Source: Actinomycetota bacterium
GTDB lineage: Bacteria; Actinomycetota; Acidimicrobiia; Acidimicrobiales; SZUA-35
Direction of reading: 5' to 3'
DNA: 64,000 bases
NCBI GenBank assembly: GCA_039201605.1
Contig: JBCCRO010000001.1
Span: 162,173-226,172 of the forward strand
The notes under the pieces were generated by a model, which worked only from the letters and a program-made list of their open reading frames with translations, searched no databases and was not told the DNA's origin. Each line of letters starts with the position of its first letter. Position 1 is the stretch's first letter. Made by a program: the position numbers and the translations under genes. Of this stretch, positions 62,456 through 64,000 are shown piece by piece.

Positions 62456-63964
62456 TCAGTCGCCGGCGCTCGGGCGGGTGGCGATCGTCGGCGCCGTCGA
62501 CTGCGCGGCGATGCGGGGGAACAGCAGCCCGAAGATGACGACCTGCCCGGCGAAGAGCACGGCGCACACCAGCCACACCTGACGCAGCGCCGCGAGATGG
62601 TCGGCCGGTCCGTCGGGTCGGCCCACGATCGCCACGCCGACGGCGATGGCCAGAGCGATGGCGAGCTGGAACACGGTCGTGCGGCCGGCGCCGGCCATGG
62701 CGAACCGGGCCGGTGGGATGTCGCGCATCGTGGCCCCGACCAGCATGGCGAAGCTGCAGCCGGCGGCGATGCCGACGAAGAGGCCGGGGAGGATCACGCC
62801 GAGGAAGGGCTCGGGGTCGGTCGAGGTGGTGATCCGGTGGATGATCATCGCCAGCAGGCCCGACAACCCGCCGACGGTCAGGATCGGGGCCGTCCCGATC
62901 CGGTCGGCCAGGCGACCGACCGGTGGCGAGGTGAGCGCCGCCAGCAGCGGTCCGGGGACGAGCACGAGGCCGGTGCGCACCGCCGACCAGCCCCACACCT
63001 CCTGGATGTAGGTGGGCAGGGGAACGAAGTAGGCGAAGAAGGCGACGACGAAGAAGATCGAGCCCACGTTGCCCAGGCTGAAGCTGGGGATGGCGAACAG
63101 ATCGAGATCGAACAGCGGACGGGGGTGGCGACGGGAGCGGAAGACGAAGGCCAGGATCAGCACGACGGCCACGGCGAAGGTGGTGAGGGCGGCGGTCGAG
63201 GTCCAGCCCCACTCCTCGGCCCGGACGATGGCGGCAACGATGGCGCCGACCCCGATGGTGCCCAGCGGGATCGAGATCAGGTCGACCCGCCCGTCCGGCA
63301 CGTCACCCCGACTCTCGTGGATCCACAGCACGGTGCCGACGGCGGCCAGGGCGGCGACCGGCACGTTGATCAGGAACACCGATGGCCAGCCGAACAGCCC
63401 GACCAGGAACCCGCCGATCGGGGGACCGACGGCGGCGGCCAGGCCACCCATGGCCCCCCACACCCCGATGGCCATCTGTCGGCGTTGCGGGGGGAAGGCG
63501 GTGAGCAGCAGGGCCAGGCCGCTGGGGAACTGCATCGCGCCACCGATCGACTGGAGGATGCGGGCCGCGATCAGGGTCTCGATCGAGGGGGCCAGTCCGG
63601 CGAGGAGCGAACCGACGGCGAAGACGATCAGGCCGGTGGTGAACACCCGGCGGCGGCCGTATCGGTCGGCGGCCCAGCCCGCCACCAGCAGGAGTGACGC
63701 CAGGCCGATGTTGTAGGCGGTGATGATCCACGAGATCGTCGACTCGGCGGCGTCGTCGAACGAGGCGCGGATCTCGGGCAGGGCGAGCGAGATCACCGTG
63801 ATCTCCAGGCTGACCATGAACCCGACGACGGCGGTCATCGCCAACGTCAGCCAGGCGGTGCGGTCGATGATCGGTGGCGCCTCGGCTGCCTCCGAGGTGG
63901 TCACGTGTCCCACCGGTGGCTGAAGCAGCGCTGATCGATCGGGCCGACCGACCACCACCCCCAC
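62456..63964 (-). CDS. MFS transporter (14-TM drug:H+ antiporter DHA2-like)
   Basis: 502-aa ORF with about 14 hydrophobic segments. An MFS motif-A-like sequence is WAADRYGRRRVF. The start is uncertain. Confidence 0.85.
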   Translation of the reverse strand: MGVVVGRPDRSALLQPPVGHVTTSEAAEAPPIIDRTAWLTLAMTAVVGFMVSLEITVISLALPEIRASFDDAAESTISWIITAYNIGLASLLLVAGWAADRYGRRRVFTTGLIVFAVGSLLAGLAPSIETLIAARILQSIGGAMQFPSGLALLLTAFPPQRRQMAIGVWGAMGGLAAAVGPPIGGFLVGLFGWPSVFLINVPVAALAAVGTVLWIHESRGDVPDGRVDLISIPLGTIGVGAIVAAIVRAEEWGWTSTAALTTFAVAVVLILAFVFRSRRHPRPLFDLDLFAIPSFSLGNVGSIFFVVAFFAYFVPLPTYIQEVWGWSAVRTGLVLVPGPLLAALTSPPVGRLADRIGTAPILTVGGLSGLLAMIIHRITTSTDPEPFLGVILPGLFVGIAAGCSFAMLVGATMRDIPPARFAMAGAGRTTVFQLAIALAIAVGVAIVGRPDGPADHLAALRQVWLVCAVLFAGQVVIFGLLFPRIAAQSTAPTIATRPSAGD

Positions 63965-64000
63965 AGGCCGAGGAGGGCCCGTCGGCTGTACTCGTGCCAG

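Noticed and set aside
1-64000. Polyketide synthase, transposase/integrase, CRISPR array, tRNA or rRNA genes
   Set aside because: No ORF shows KS (DTACSS-like), AT (GHSxG in a PKS context), DDE/tyrosine-recombinase or Cas-like motifs. No regularly spaced repeat-spacer structure was seen. The few AT-rich islands are too short and unstructured for stable RNA genes. This is eye inspection only; tRNAscan or Infernal would be decisive.

Overview
Very GC-rich, actinobacterial-type chromosomal segment. I can support 45 protein-coding genes and recognise no rRNA, tRNA, CRISPR array, transposase or integrase. Coordinates 1-39576 form one iron-acquisition locus, a mycobactin/nocobactin-type NRPS siderophore cluster. 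Its biosynthetic core is an aryl-AMP ligase, a salicylate-synthase-like enzyme, an MbtG-like N-hydroxylase, an ArCP-Cy-A-PCP NRPS, two canonical C-A-PCP modules, MbtH, an Sfp-type PPTase and a type II thioesterase. This core is fused in the same locus to the lipid-tail genes (ACP, fatty acyl-AMP ligase, acyl dehydrogenase, MbtK-like acyltransferase). The locus also carries an IrtAB-like ABC pair, a stand-alone siderophore-interacting reductase, a binding lipoprotein and a DrrAB-type ABC-2 exporter. No PKS is visible. Instead, two large NRPS-like ORFs (3851-8569 and 13593-16907) keep recognisable domain order but have lost the catalytic residues of nearly every domain, and a third NRPS carries a degenerate E domain. 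Many genes are translationally coupled by ATGA/GTGA overlaps, and four short AT-rich islands mark the promoter regions. The right part (39.6-64 kb) is a mixed neighbourhood:
- acyl-CoA dehydrogenase, an acidic membrane protein, a phosphoribosyltransferase and an M23 peptidase
- F420/LLM oxidoreductase and a membrane-anchored molybdopterin (SUOX-family) oxidoreductase
- ferredoxin plus ferredoxin reductase, and a Nudix hydrolase
- OmpR/HK two-component pair and a small SARP regulator
- TetR with a divergent FMO-SDR operon
- YqeY, an M50-like peptidase, a mycothiol-type DinB protein, a PEP-utilising-domain protein and an MFS pump

The most unusual feature there is a TlpA/ResA-like thioredoxin-fold lipoprotein gene (48294-48920). 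Its only interruption is an in-frame TGA exactly at the first Cys of the CxxC motif, followed by a GC hairpin. It is either a candidate selenoprotein or a very recent pseudogene. All calls come from reading the translations and DNA by eye; no database search was run.
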